A stretch of DNA of 64,000 nt from Eledone cirrhosa (taxonomy: Eukaryota): positions 234,050,001 through 234,114,000 of the forward strand of contig OZ024743.1 in the NCBI GenBank assembly GCA_964016885.1, written 5' to 3'. A program made the translations under genes and the position numbers. The notes beneath the pieces are model-generated. The model worked only from the letters and a program-made list of their open reading frames with translations. It had not been told where the DNA came from and searched no databases. Position 1 is the first letter of the stretch. The number at the start of each line of letters is the position of its first letter. Shown in pieces: positions 23,609 through 38,900 of the stretch.

Positions 23609-26600
23609 GATATCTTGCTGAAATTCACGCCACACATAGCCAATGAGTGTCTGCACATGTACCAGTAATTACAGATCGATCCGACCACGGGCGGCCGGCC
23701 CGCGATTGAAAAGGTAACTCCGCCGGCAAATCGTCATTTTTGGATTCGTTTTCTTCGAAGCACACCATTCGCCGGCTGACTTTGTTGACGTTTAACACGG
23801 TTTGGTTCCACAGCCACAACTATTGATTTTAAGGAGATATCTTGCTGAAATTCACGCCACACATAGCCAATGAGTGTCTGCACAGGTACCAGTAATTACA
23901 GATCGATCCGACCACGGGCGGCCGGCCCGCGATTGAAAAGGTAACTCCGCCGGCAAATCGTCATTTTTGGATTCGTTTTCTTCGAAGCACACCATTCGCC
24001 GGCTGACTTTGTTGACGTTTAACACGGTTTGGTTCCACAGCCACAACTATTGATTTTACGGAGATATCTTGCTGAAATTCACGCCACACATAGCCAATGA
24101 GTGTCTGCACATGTACCAGTAATTACAGATCGATCCGACCACGGGCGGCCGGCCCGCGATTGAAAAGGTAACTCCGCCGGCAAATCGTCATTTTTGGATT
24201 CGTTTTCTTCGAAGCACACCATTCGCCGGCGGACTTTGTTGACGTTTAACACGGTTTGGTTCCACAGCCACAACTATTGATTTTACGGAGATATCTTGCT
24301 GAAATTCACGCCACACATAGCCAATGAGTCTCTGCACATGTACCATTAATTACAGATCGATCCGACCACGGGCGGTAGGTTTGCGATTGAAAAGGTAACT
24401 CCGCCGGCAAATCGTCATTTTTGGATTCGTTTTCTTCGAAGCACACCATTCGCCGGCTGACTTTGTTGACGTTTAACACGGTTTGGTTCCACAGCCACAA
24501 CTATTGATTTTAAGGAGATATCTTGCTGAAATTCACGCCACACATAGCCAATGAGTGTCTGCACAGGTACCAGTAATTACAGATCGATCCGACCACGGGC
24601 GGCCGGCCCGCGATTGAAAAGGTAACTCCGCCGGCAAATCGTCATTTTTGGATTCGTTTTCTTCGAAGCACACCATTCGCCGGCGGACTTTGTTGACGTT
24701 TAACACGGTTTGGTTCCACAGCCACAACTATTGATTTTACGGAGATATCTTGCTGAAATTCACGCCACACATAGCCAATGAGTGTCTGCACATGTACCAG
24801 TAATTACAGATCGATCCGACCACGGGCGGCCGGCCCGCGATTGAAAAGGTAACTCCGCCGGCAAATCGTCATTTTTGGATTCGTTTTCTTCGAAGCACAC
24901 CATTCGCCGGCGGACTTTGTTGACGTTTAACACGGTTTGGTTCCACAGCCACAACTATTGATTTTACGGAGATATCTTGCTGAAATTCACGCCACACATA
25001 GCCAATGAGTGTCTGCACATGTACCAGTAATTACAGATCGATCCGACCACGGGCGGCCGGCCCGCGATTGAAAAGGTAACTCCGCCGGCAAATCGTCATT
25101 TTTGGATTCGTTTTCTTCGAAGCACACCATTCGCCGGCTGACTTTGTTGACGTTTAACACGGTTTGGTTCCACAGCCACAACTATTGATTTTAAGGAGAT
25201 ATCTTGCTGAAATTCACGCCACACATAGCCAATGAGTGTCTGCACAGGTACCAGTAATTACAGATCGATCCGACCACGGGCGGCCGGCCCGCGATTGAAA
25301 AGGTAACTCCGCCGGCAAATCGTCATTTTTGGATTCGTTTTCTTCGAAGCACACCATTCGCCGGCGGACTTTGTTGACGTTTAACACGGTTTGGTTCCAC
25401 AGCCACAACTATTGATTTTACGGAGATATCTTGCTGAAATTCACGCCACACATAGCCAATGAGTCTCTGCACATGTACAAGTAATTACAGATCGATCCGA
25501 CCACGGGCGGCCGGCCCGCGATTGAAAAGGTAACTCCGCCGGCAAATCGTCATTTTTGGATTCGTTTTCTTCGAAGCACACCATTCGCCGGCGGACTTTG
25601 TTGACGTTTAACACGGTTTGGTTCCACAGCCACAACTATTGATTTTACGGAGATATCTTGCTGAAATTCACGCCACACATAGCCAATGAGTGTCTGCACA
25701 TGTACCAGTAATTACAGATCGATCCGACCACGGGCGGCCGGCCCGCGATTGAAAAGGTAACTCCGCCGGCAAATCGTCATTTTTGGATTCGTTTTCTTCG
25801 AAGCACACCATTCGCCGGCGGACTTTGTTGACGTTTAACACGGTTTGGTTCCACAGCCACAACTATTGATTTTACGGAGATATCTTGCTGAAATTCACGC
25901 CACACATAGCCAATGAGTCTCTGCACATGTACCATTAATTACAGATCGATCCGACCACGGGCGGTCGGTTTGCGATTGAAAAGGTAACTCCGCCGGCAAA
26001 TCGTCATTTTTGGATTCGTTTTCTTCGAAGCACACCATTCGCCGGCTGACTTTGTTGACGTTTAACACGGTTTGGTTCCACAGCCACAACTATTGATTTT
26101 AAGGAGATATCTTGCTGAAATTCACGCCACACATAGCCAATGAGTGTCTGCACAGGTACCAGTAATTACAGATCGATCCGACCACGGGCGGCCGGCCCGC
26201 GATTGAAAAGGTAACTCCGCCGGCAAATCGTCATTTTTGGATTCGTTTTCTTCGAAGCACACCATTCGCCGGCGGACTTTGTTGACGTTTAACACGGTTT
26301 GGTTCCACAGCCACAACTATTGATTTTACGGAGATATCTTGCTGAAATTCACGCCACACATAGCCAATGAGTGTCTGCACATGTACCAGTAATTACAGAT
26401 CGATCCGACCACGGGCGGCCGGCCCGCGATTGAAAAGGTAACTCCGCCGGCAAATCGTCATTTTTGGATTCGTTTTCTTCGAAGCACACCATTCGCCGGC
26501 TGACTTTGTTGACGTTTAACACGGTTTGGTTCCACAGCCACAACTATTGATTTTAAGGAGATATCTTGCTGAAATTCACGCCACACATAGCCAATGAGTG

Positions 26601-29600
26601 TCTGCACAGGTACCAGTAATTACAGATCGATCCGACCACGGGCGGCCGGCCCGCGATTGAAAAGGTAACTCCGCCGGCAAATCGTCATTTTTGGATTCGT
26701 TTTCTTCGAAGCACACCATTCGCCGGCTGACTTTGTTGACGTTTAACACGGTTTGGTTCCACAGCCACAACTATTGATTTTACGGAGATATCTTGCTGAA
26801 ATTCACGCCACACATAGCCAATGAGTGTCTGCACATGTACCAGTAATTACAGATCGATCCGACCACGGGCGGCCGGCCCGCGATTGAAAAGGTAACTCCG
26901 CCGGCAAATCGTCATTTTTGGATTCGTTTTCTTCGAAGCACACCATTCGCCGGCGGACTTTGTTGACGTTTAACACGGTTTGGTTCCACAGCCACAACTA
27001 TTGATTTTACGGAGATATCTTGCTGAAATTCACGCCACACATAGCCAATGAGTGTCTGCACATGTACCAGTAATTACAGATCGATCCGACCACGGGCGGC
27101 CGGCCCGCGATTGAAAAGGTAACTCCGCCGGCAAATCGTCATTTTTGGATTCGTTTTCTTCGAAGCACACCATTCGCCGGCTGACTTTGTTGACGTTTAA
27201 CACGGTTTGGTTCCACAGCCACAACTATTGATTTTAAGGAGATATCTTGCTGAAATTCACGCCACACATAGCCAATGAGTGTCTGCACAGGTACCAGTAA
27301 TTACAGATCGATCCGACCACGGGCGGCCGGCCCGCGATTGAAAAGGTAACTCCGCCGGCAAATCGTCATTTTTGGATTCGTTTTCTTCGAAGCACACCAT
27401 TCGCCGGCTGACTTTGTTGACGTTTAACACGGTTTGGTTCCACAGCCACAACTATTGATTTTACGGAGATATCTTGCTGAAATTCACGCCACACATAGCC
27501 AATGAGTGTCTGCACATGTACCAGTAATTACAGATCGATCCGACCACGGGCGGCCGGCCCGCGATTGAAAAGGTAACTCCGCCGGCAAATCGTCATTTTT
27601 GGATTCGTTTTCTTCGAAGCACACCATTCGCCGGCGGACTTTGTTGACGTTTAACACGGTTTGGTTCCACAGCCACAACTATTGATTTTACGGAGATATC
27701 TTGCTGAAATTCACGCCACACATAGCCAATGAGTCTCTGCACATGTACCATTAATTACAGATCGATCCGACCACGGGCGGTCGGTTTGCGATTGAAAAGG
27801 TAACTCCGCCGGCAAATCGTCATTTTTGGATTCGTTTTCTTCGAAGCACACCATTCGCCGGCTGACTTTGTTGACGTTTAACACGGTTTGGTTCCACAGC
27901 CACAACTATTGATTTTAAGGAGATATCTTGCTGAAATTCACGCCACACATAGCCAATGAGTGTCTGCACAGGTACCAGTAATTACAGATCGATCCGACCA
28001 CGGGCGGCCGGCCCGCGATTGAAAAGGTAACTCCGCCGGCAAATCGTCATTTTTGGATTCGTTTTCTTCGAAGCACACCATTCGCCGGCGGACTTTGTTG
28101 ACGTTTAACACGGTTTGGTTCCACAGCCACAACTATTGATTTTACGGAGATATCTTGCTGAAATTCACGCCACACATAGCCAATGAGTGTCTGCACATGT
28201 ACCAGTAATTACAGATCGATCCGACCACGGGCGGCCGGCCCGCGATTGAAAAGGTAACTCCGCCGGCAAATCGTCATTTTTGGATTCGTTTTCTTCGAAG
28301 CACACCATTCGCCGGCGGACTTTGTTGACGTTTAACACGGTTTGGTTCCACAGCCACAACTATTGATTTTACGGAGATATCTTGCTGAAATTCACGCCAC
28401 ACATAGCCAATGAGTGTCTGCACATGTACCAGTAATTACAGATCGATCCGACCACGGGCGGCCGGCCCGCGATTGAAAAGGTAACTCCGCCGGCAAATCG
28501 TCATTTTTGGATTCGTTTTCTTCGAAGCACACCATTCGCCGGCTGACTTTGTTGACGTTTAACACGGTTTGGTTCCACAGCCACAACTATTGATTTTAAG
28601 GAGATATCTTGCTGAAATTCACGCCACACATAGCCAATGAGTGTCTGCACAGGTACCAGTAATTACAGATCGATCCGACCACGGGCGGCCGGCCCGCGAT
28701 TGAAAAGGTAACTCCGCCGGCAAATCGTCATTTTTGGATTCGTTTTCTTCGAAGCACACCATTCGCCGGCGGACTTTGTTGACGTTTAACACGGTTTGGT
28801 TCCACAGCCACAACTATTGATTTTACGGAGATATCTTGCTGAAATTCACGCCACACATAGCCAATGAGTCTCTGCACATGTACAAGTAATTACAGATCGA
28901 TCCGACCACGGGCGGCCGGCCCGCGATTGAAAAGGTAACTCCGCCGGCAAATCGTCATTTTTGGATTCGTTTTCTTCGAAGCACACCATTCGCCGGCGGA
29001 CTTTGTTGACGTTTAACACGGTTTGGTTCCACAGCCACAACTATTGATTTTACGGAGATATCTTGCTGAAATTCACGCCACACATAGCCAATGAGTCTCT
29101 GCACATGTACCATTAATTACAGATCGATCCGACCACGGGCGGTCGGTTTGCGATTGAAAAGGTAACTCCGCCGGCAAATCGTCATTTTTGGATTCGTTTT
29201 CTTCGAAGCACACCATTCGCCGGCTGACTTTGTTGACGTTTAACACGGTTTGGTTCCACAGCCACAACTATTGATTTTAAGGAGATATCTTGCTGAAATT
29301 CACGCCACACATAGCCAATGAGTGTCTGCACAGGTACCAGTAATTACAGATCGATCCGACCACGGGCGGCCGGCCCGCGATTGAAAAGGTAACTCCGCCG
29401 GCAAATCGTCATTTTTGGATTCGTTTTCTTCGAAGCACACCATTCGCCGGCGGACTTTGTTGACGTTTAACACGGTTTGGTTCCACAGCCACAACTATTG
29501 ATTTTACGGAGATATCTTGCTGAAATTCACGCCACACATAGCCAATGAGTCTCTGCACATGTACCATTAATTACAGATCGATCCGACCACGGGCGGTCGG

Positions 29601-32600
29601 TTTGCGATTGAAAAGGTAACTCCGCCGGCAAATCGTCATTTTTGGATTCGTTTTCTTCGAAGCACACCATTCGCCGGCTGACTTTGTTGACGTTTAACAC
29701 GGTTTGGTTCCACAGCCACAACTATTGATTTTAAGGAGATATCTTGCTGAAATTCACGCCACACATAGCCAATGAGTGTCTGCACAGGTACCAGTAATTA
29801 CAGATCGATCCGACCACGGGCGGCCGGCCCGCGATTGAAAAGGTAACTCCGCCGGCAAATCGTCATTTTTGGATTCGTTTTCTTCGAAGCACACCATTCG
29901 CCGGCGGACTTTGTTGACGTTTAACACGGTTTGGTTCCACAGCCACAACTATTGATTTTACGGAGATATCTTGCTGAAATTCACGCCACACATAGCCAAT
30001 GAGTGTCTGCACATGTACCAGTAATTACAGATCGATCCGACCACGGGCGGCCGGCCCGCGATTGAAAAGGTAACTCCGCCGGCAAATCGTCATTTTTGGA
30101 TTCGTTTTCTTCGAAGCACACCATTCGCCGGCGGACTTTGTTGACGTTTAACACGGTTTGGTTCCACAGCCACAACTATTGATTTTACGGAGATATCTTG
30201 CTGAAATTCACGCCACACATAGCCAATGAGTGTCTGCACATGTACCAGTAATTACAGATCGATCCGACCACGGGCGGCCGGCCCGCGATTGAAAAGGTAA
30301 CTCCGCCGGCAAATCGTCATTTTTGGATTCGTTTTCTTCGAAGCACACCATTCGCCGGCGGACTTTGTTGACGTTTAACACGGTTTGGTTCCACAGCCAC
30401 AACTATTGATTTTACGGAGATATCTTGCTGAAATTCACGCCACACATAGCCAATGAGTCTCTGCACATGTACAAGTAATTACAGATCGATCCGACCACGG
30501 GCGGCCGGCCCGCGATTGAAAAGGTAACTCCGCCGGCAAATCGTCATTTTTGGATTCGTTTTCTTCGAAGCACACCATTCGCCGGCGGACTTTGTTGACG
30601 TTTAACACGGTTTGGTTCCACAGCCACAACTATTGATTTTACGGAGATATCTTGCTGAAATTCACGCCACACATAGCCAATGAGTGTCTGCACATGTACC
30701 AGTAATTACAGATCGATCCGACCACGGGCGGCCGGCCCGCGATTGAAAAGGTAACTCCGCCGGCAAATCGTCATTTTTGGATTCGTTTTCTTCGAAGCAC
30801 ACCATTCGCCGGCGGACTTTGTTGACGTTTAACACGGTTTGGTTCCACAGCCACAACTATTGATTTTACGGAGATATCTTGCTGAAATTCACGCCACACA
30901 TAGCCAATGAGTCTCTGCACATGTACCATTAATTACAGATCGATCCGACCACGGGCGGTCGGTTTGCGATTGAAAAGGTAACTCCGCCGGCAAATCGTCA
31001 TTTTTGGATTCGTTTTCTTCGAAGCACACCATTCGCCGGCTGACTTTGTTGACGTTTAACACGGTTTGGTTCCACAGCCACAACTATTGATTTTAAGGAG
31101 ATATCTTGCTGAAATTCACGCCACACATAGCCAATGAGTGTCTGCACAGGTACCAGTAATTACAGATCGATCCGACCACGGGCGGCCGGCCCGCGATTGA
31201 AAAGGTAACTCCGCCGGCAAATCGTCATTTTTGGATTCGTTTTCTTCGAAGCACACCATTCGCCGGCGGACTTTGTTGACGTTTAACACGGTTTGGTTCC
31301 ACAGCCACAACTATTGATTTTACGGAGATATCTTGCTGAAATTCACGCCACACATAGCCAATGAGTGTCTGCACATGTACCAGTAATTACAGATCGATCC
31401 GACCACGGGCGGCCGGCCCGCGATTGAAAAGGTAACTCCGCCGGCAAATCGTCATTTTTGGATTCGTTTTCTTCGAAGCACACCATTCGCCGGCTGACTT
31501 TGTTGACGTTTAACACGGTTTGGTTCCACAGCCACAACTATTGATTTTAAGGAGATATCTTGCTGAAATTCACGCCACACATAGCCAATGAGTGTCTGCA
31601 CATGTACCAGTAATTACAGATCGATCCGACCACGGGCGGTCGGTTTGCGATTGAAAAGGTAACTCCGCCGGCAAATCGTCATTTTTGGATTCGTTTTCTT
31701 CGAAGCACACCATTCGCCGGCGGACTTTGTTGACGTTTAACACGGTTTGGTTCCACAGCCACAACTATTGATTTTACGGAGATATCTTGCTGAAATTCAC
31801 GCCACACATAGCCAATGAGTGTCTGCACATGTACCAGTAATTACAGATCGATCCGACCACGGGCGGCCGGCCCGCGATTGAAAAGGTAACTCCGCCGGCA
31901 AATCGTCATTTTTGGATTCGTTTTCTTCGAAGCACACCATTCGCCGGCGGACTTTGTTGACGTTTAACACGGTTTGGTTCCACAGCCACAACTATTGATT
32001 TTACGGAGATATCTTGCTGAAATTCACGCCACACATAGCCAATGAGTCTCTGCACATGTACCATTAATTACAGATCGATCCGACCACGGGCGGTCGGTTT
32101 GCGATTGAAAAGGTAACTCCGCCGGCAAATCGTCATTTTTGGATTCGTTTTCTTCGAAGCACACCATTCGCCGGCTGACTTTGTTGACGTTTAACACGGT
32201 TTGGTTCCACAGCCACAACTATTGATTTTAAGGAGATATCTTGCTGAAATTCACGCCACACATAGCCAATGAGTGTCTGCACAGGTACCAGTAATTACAG
32301 ATCGATCCGACCACGGGCGGCCGGCCCGCGATTGAAAAGGTAACTCCGCCGGCAAATCGTCATTTTTGGATTCGTTTTCTTCGAAGCACACCATTCGCCG
32401 GCGGACTTTGTTGACGTTTAACACGGTTTGGTTCCACAGCCACAACTATTGATTTTACGGAGATATCTTGCTGAAATTCACGCCACACATAGCCAATGAG
32501 TGTCTGCACATGTACCAGTAATTACAGATCGATCCGACCACGGGCGGCCGGCCCGCGATTGAAAAGGTAACTCCGCCGGCAAATCGTCATTTTTGGATTC

Positions 32601-32915
32601 GTTTTCTTCGAAGCACACCATTCGCCGGCGGACTTTGTTGACGTTTAACACGGTTTGGTTCCACAGCCACAACTATTGATTTTACGGAGATATCTTGCTG
32701 AAATTCACGCCACACATAGCCAATGAGTGTCTGCACATGTACCAGTAATTACAGATCGATCCGACCACGGGCGGCCGGCCCGCGATTGAAAAGGTAACTC
32801 CGCCGGCAAATCGTCATTTTTGGATTCGTTTTCTTCGAAGCACACCATTCGCCGGCGGACTTTGTTGACGTTTAACACGGTTTGGTTCCACAGCCACAAC
32901 TATTGATTTTACGGA

Positions 32916-35900
32916 GATATCTTGCTGAAATTCACGCCACACATAGCCAATGAGTGTCTGCACATGTACCAGTAATTACAGATCGATCCGACCACGGGCG
33001 GCCGGCCCGCGATTGAAAAGGTAACTCCGCCGGCAAATCGTCATTTTTGGATTCGTTTTCTTCGAAGCACACCATTCGCCGGCTGACTTTGTTGACGTTT
33101 AACACGGTTTGGTTCCACAGCCACAACTATTGATTTTAAGGAGATATCTTGCTGAAATTCACGCCACACATAGCCAATGAGTGTCTGCACATGTACCAGT
33201 AATTACAGATCGATCCGACCACGGGCGGTCGGTTTGCGATTGAAAAGGTAACTCCGCCGGCAAATCGTCATTTTTGGATTCGTTTTCTTCGAAGCACACC
33301 ATTCGCCGGCGGACTTTGTTGACGTTTAACACGGTTTGGTTCCACAGCCACAACTATTGATTTTACGGAGATATCTTGCTGAAATTCACGCCACACATAG
33401 CCAATGAGTCTCTGCACATGTACCATTAATTACAGATCGATCCGACCACGGGCGGTCGGTTTGCGATTGAAAAGGTAACTCCGCCGGCAAATCGTCATTT
33501 TTGGATTCGTTTTCTTCGAAGCACACCATTCGCCGGCTGACTTTGTTGACGTTTAACACGGTTTGGTTCCACAGCCACAACTATTGATTTTAAGGAGATA
33601 TCTTGCTGAAATTCACGCCACACATAGCCAATGAGTGTCTGCACAGGTACCAGTAATTACAGATCGATCCGACCACGGGCGGCCGGCCCGCGATTGAAAA
33701 GGTAACTCCGCCGGCAAATCGTCATTTTTGGATTCGTTTTCTTCGAAGCACACCATTCGCCGGCGGACTTTGTTGACGTTTAACACGGTTTGGTTCCACA
33801 GCCACAACTATTGATTTTACGGAGATATCTTGCTGAAATTCACGCCACACATAGCCAATGAGTGTCTGCACATGTACCAGTAATTACAGATCGATCCGAC
33901 CACGGGCGGCCGGCCCGCGATTGAAAAGGTAACTCCGCCGGCAAATCGTCATTTTTGGATTCGTTTTCTTCGAAGCACACCATTCGCCGGCGGACTTTGT
34001 TGACGTTTAACACGGTTTGGTTCCACAGCCACAACTATTGATTTTACGGAGATATCTTGCTGAAATTCACGCCACACATAGCCAATGAGTGTCTGCACAT
34101 GTACCAGTAATTACAGATCGATCCGACCACGGGCGGCCGGCCCTCGATTGAAAAGGTAACTCCGCCGGCAAATCGTCATTTTTGGATTCGTTTTCTTCGA
34201 AGCACACCATTCGCCGGCGGACTTTGTTGACGTTTAACACGGTTTGGTTCCACAGCCACAACTATTGATTTTACGGAGATATCTTGCTGAAATTCACGCC
34301 ACACATAGCCAATGAGTGTCTGCACATGTACCAGTAATTACAGATCGATCCGACCACGGGCGGCCGGCCCGCGATTGAAAAGGTAACTCCGCCGGCAAAT
34401 CGTCATTTTTGGATTCGTTTTCTTCGAAGCACACCATTCGCCGGCGGACTTTGTTGACGTTTAACACGGTTTGGTTCCACAGCCACAACTATTGATTTTA
34501 CGGAGATATCTTGCTGAAATTCACGCCACACATAGCCAATGAGTCTCTGCACATGTACCATTAATTACAGATCGATCCGACCACGGGCGGTCGGTTTGCG
34601 ATTGAAAAGGTAACTCCGCCGGCAAATCGTCATTTTTGGATTCGTTTTCTTCGAAGCACACCATTCGCCGGCTGACTTTGTTGACGTTTAACACGGTTTG
34701 GTTCCACAGCCACAACTATTGATTTTAAGGAGATATCTTGCTGAAATTCACGCCACACATAGCCAATGAGTGTCTGCACAGGTACCAGTAATTACAGATC
34801 GATCCGACTACGGGCGGCCGGCCCGCGATTGAAAAGGTAACTCCGCCGGCAAATCGTCATTTTTGGATTCGTTTTCTTCGAAGCACACCATTCGCCGGCG
34901 GACTTTGTTGACGTTTAACACGGTTTGGTTCCACAGCCACAACTATTGATTTTAAGGAGATATCTTGCTGAAATTCACGCCACACATAGCCAATGAGTGT
35001 CTGCACATGTACCAGTAATTACAGATCGATCCGACCACGGGCGGTCGGTTTGCGATTGAAAAGGTAACTCCGCCGGCAAATCGTCATTTTTGGATTCGTT
35101 TTCTTCGAAGCACACCATTCGCCGGCGGACTTTGTTGACGTTTAACACGGTTTGGTTCCACAGCCACAACTATTGATTTTACGGAGATATCTTGCTGAAA
35201 TTCACGCCACACATAGCCAATGAGTGTCTGCACATGTACCAGTAATTACAGATCGATCCGACCACGGGCGGCCGGCCCGCGATTGAAAAGGTAACTCCGC
35301 CGGCAAATCGTCATTTTTGGATTCGTTTTCTTCGAAGCACACCATTCGCCGGCGGACTTTGTTGACGTTTAACACGGTTTGGTTCCACAGCCACAACTAT
35401 TGATTTTACGGAGATATCTTGCTGAAATTCACGCCACACATAGCCAATGAGTCTCTGCACATGTACCATTAATTACAGATCGATCCGACCACGGGCGGTC
35501 GGTTTGCGATTGAAAAGGTAACTCCGCCGGCAAATCGTCATTTTTGGATTCGTTTTCTTCGAAGCACACCATTCGCCGGCTGACTTTGTTGACGTTTAAC
35601 ACGGTTTGGTTCCACAGCCACAACTATTGATTTTAAGGAGATATCTTGCTGAAATTCACGCCACACATAGCCAATGAGTGTCTGCACAGGTACCAGTAAT
35701 TACAGATCGATCCGACCACGGGCGGCCGGCCCGCGATTGAAAAGGTAACTCCGCCGGCAAATCGTCATTTTTGGATTCGTTTTCTTCGAAGCACACCATT
35801 CGCCGGCGGACTTTGTTGACGTTTAACACGGTTTGGTTCCACAGCCACAACTATTGATTTTACGGAGATATCTTGCTGAAATTCACGCCACACATAGCCA

Positions 35901-38900
35901 ATGAGTGTCTGCACATGTACCAGTAATTACAGATCGATCCGACCACGGGCGGCCGGCCCGCGATTGAAAAGGTAACTCCGCCGGCAAATCGTCATTTTTG
36001 GATTCGTTTTCTTCGAAGCACACCATTCGCCGGCGGACTTTGTTGACGTTTAACACGGTTTGGTTCCACAGCCACAACTATTGATTTTACGGAGATATCT
36101 TGCTGAAATTCACGCCACACATAGCCAATGAGTGTCTGCACATGTACCAGTAATTACAGATCGATCCGACCACGGGCGGCCGGCCCGCGATTGAAAAGGT
36201 AACTCCGCCGGCAAATCGTCATTTTTGGATTCGTTTTCTTCGAAGCACACCATTCGCCGGCGGACTTTGTTGACGTTTAACACGGTTTGGTTCCACAGCC
36301 ACAACTATTGATTTTACGGAGATATCTTGCTGAAATTCACGCCACACATAGCCAATGAGTGTCTGCACATGTACCAGTAATTACAGATCGATCCGACCAC
36401 GGGCGGCCGGCCCGCGATTGAAAAGGTAACTCCGCCGGCAAATCGTCATTTTTGGATTCGTTTTCTTCGAAGCACACCATTCGCCGGCGGACTTTGTTGA
36501 CGTTTAACACGGTTTGGTTCCACAGCCACAACTATTGATTTTACGGAGATATCTTGCTGAAATTCACGCCACACATAGCCAATGAGTGTCTGCACATGTA
36601 CCAGTAATTACAGATCGATCCGACCACGGGCGGCCGGCCCGCGATTGAAAAGGTAACTCCGCCGGCAAATCGTCATTTTTGGATTCGTTTTCTTCGAAGC
36701 ACACCATTCGCCGGCTGACTTTGTTGACGTTTAACACGGTTTGGTTCCACAGCCACAACTATTGATTTTAAGGAGATATCTTGCTGAAATTCACGCCACA
36801 CATAGCCAATGAGTGTCTGCACATGTACCAGTAATTACAGATCGATCCGACCACGGGCGGTCGGTTTGCGATTGAAAAGGTAACTCCGCCGGCAAATCGT
36901 CATTTTTGGATTCGTTTTCTTCGAAGCACACCATTCGCCGGCGGACTTTGTTGACGTTTAACACGGTTTGGTTCCACAGCCACAACTATTGATTTTACGG
37001 AGATATCTTGCTGAAATTCACGCCACACATAGCCAATGAGTCTCTGCACATGTACCATTAATTACAGATCGATCCGACCACGGGCGGTCGGTTTGCGATT
37101 AAAAAGGTAACTCCGCCGGCAAATCGTCATTTTTGGATTCGTTTTCTTCGAAGCACACCATTCGCCGGCTGACTTTGTTGACGTTTAACACGGTTTGGTT
37201 CCACAGCCACAACTATTGATTTTAAGGAGATATCTTGCTGAAATTCACGCCACACATAGCCAATGAGTGTCTGCACAGGTACCAGTAATTACAGATCGAT
37301 CCGACCACGGGCGGCCGGCCCGCGATTGAAAAGGTAACTCCGCCGGCAAATCGTCATTTTTGGATTCGTTTTCTTCGAAGCACACCATTCGCCGGCGGAC
37401 TTTGTTGACGTTTAACACGGTTTGGTTCCACAGCCACAACTATTGATTTTACGGAGATATCTTGCTGAAATTCACGCCACACATAGCCAATGAGTGTCTG
37501 CACATGTACCAGTAATTACAGATCGATCCGACCACGGGCGGCCGGCCCGCGATTGAAAAGGTAACTCCGCCGGCAAATCGTCATTTTTGGATTCGTTTTC
37601 TTCGAAGCACACCATTCGCCGGCGGACTTTGTTGACGTTTAACACGGTTTGGTTCCACAGCCACAACTATTGATTTTACGGAGATATCTTGCTGAAATTC
37701 ACGCCACACATAGCCAATGAGTGTCTGCACATGTACCAGTAATTACAGATCGATCCGACCACGGGCGGCCGGCCCTCGATTGAAAAGGTAACTCCGCCGG
37801 CAAATCGTCATTTTTGGATTCGTTTTCTTCGAAGCACACCATTCGCCGGCGGACTTTGTTGACGTTTAACACGGTTTGGTTCCACAGCCACAACTATTGA
37901 TTTTACGGAGATATCTTGCTGAAATTCACGCCACACATAGCCAATGAGTGTCTGCACATGTACCAGTAATTACAGATCGATCCGACCACGGGCGGCCGGC
38001 CCGCGATTGAAAAGGTAACTCCGCCGGCAAATCGTCATTTTTGGATTCGTTTTCTTCGAAGCACACCATTCGCCGGCGGACTTTGTTGACGTTTAACACG
38101 GTTTGGTTCCACAGCCACAACTATTGATTTTACGGAGATATCTTGCTGAAATTCACGCCACACATAGCCAATGAGTCTCTGCACATGTACCATTAATTAC
38201 AGATCGATCCGACCACGGGCGGTCGGTTTGCGATTGAAAAGGTAACTCCGCCGGCAAATCGTCATTTTTGGATTCGTTTTCTTCGAAGCACACCATTCGC
38301 CGGCTGACTTTGTTGACGTTTAACACGGTTTGGTTCCACAGCCACAACTATTGATTTTAAGGAGATATCTTGCTGAAATTCACGCCACACATAGCCAATG
38401 AGTGTCTGCACAGGTACCAGTAATTACAGATCGATCCGACCACGGGCGGCCGGCCCGCGATTGAAAAGGTAACTCCGCCGGCAAATCGTCATTTTTGGAT
38501 TCGTTTTCTTCGAAGCACACCATTCGCCGGCGGACTTTGTTGACGTTTAACACGGTTTGGTTCCACAGCCACAACTATTGATTTTACGGAGATATCTTGC
38601 TGAAATTCACGCCACACATAGCCAATGAGTGTCTGCACATGTACCAGTAATTACAGATCGATCCGACCACGGGCGGCCGGCCCGCGATTGAAAAGGTAAC
38701 TCCGCCGGCAAATCGTCATTTTTGGATTCGTTTTCTTCGAAGCACACCATTCGCCGGCGGACTTTGTTGACGTTTAACACGGTTTGGTTCCACAGCCACA
38801 ACTATTGATTTTACGGAGATATCTTGCTGAAATTCACGCCACACATAGCCAATGAGTGTCTGCACATGTACCAGTAATTACAGATCGATCCGACCACGGG

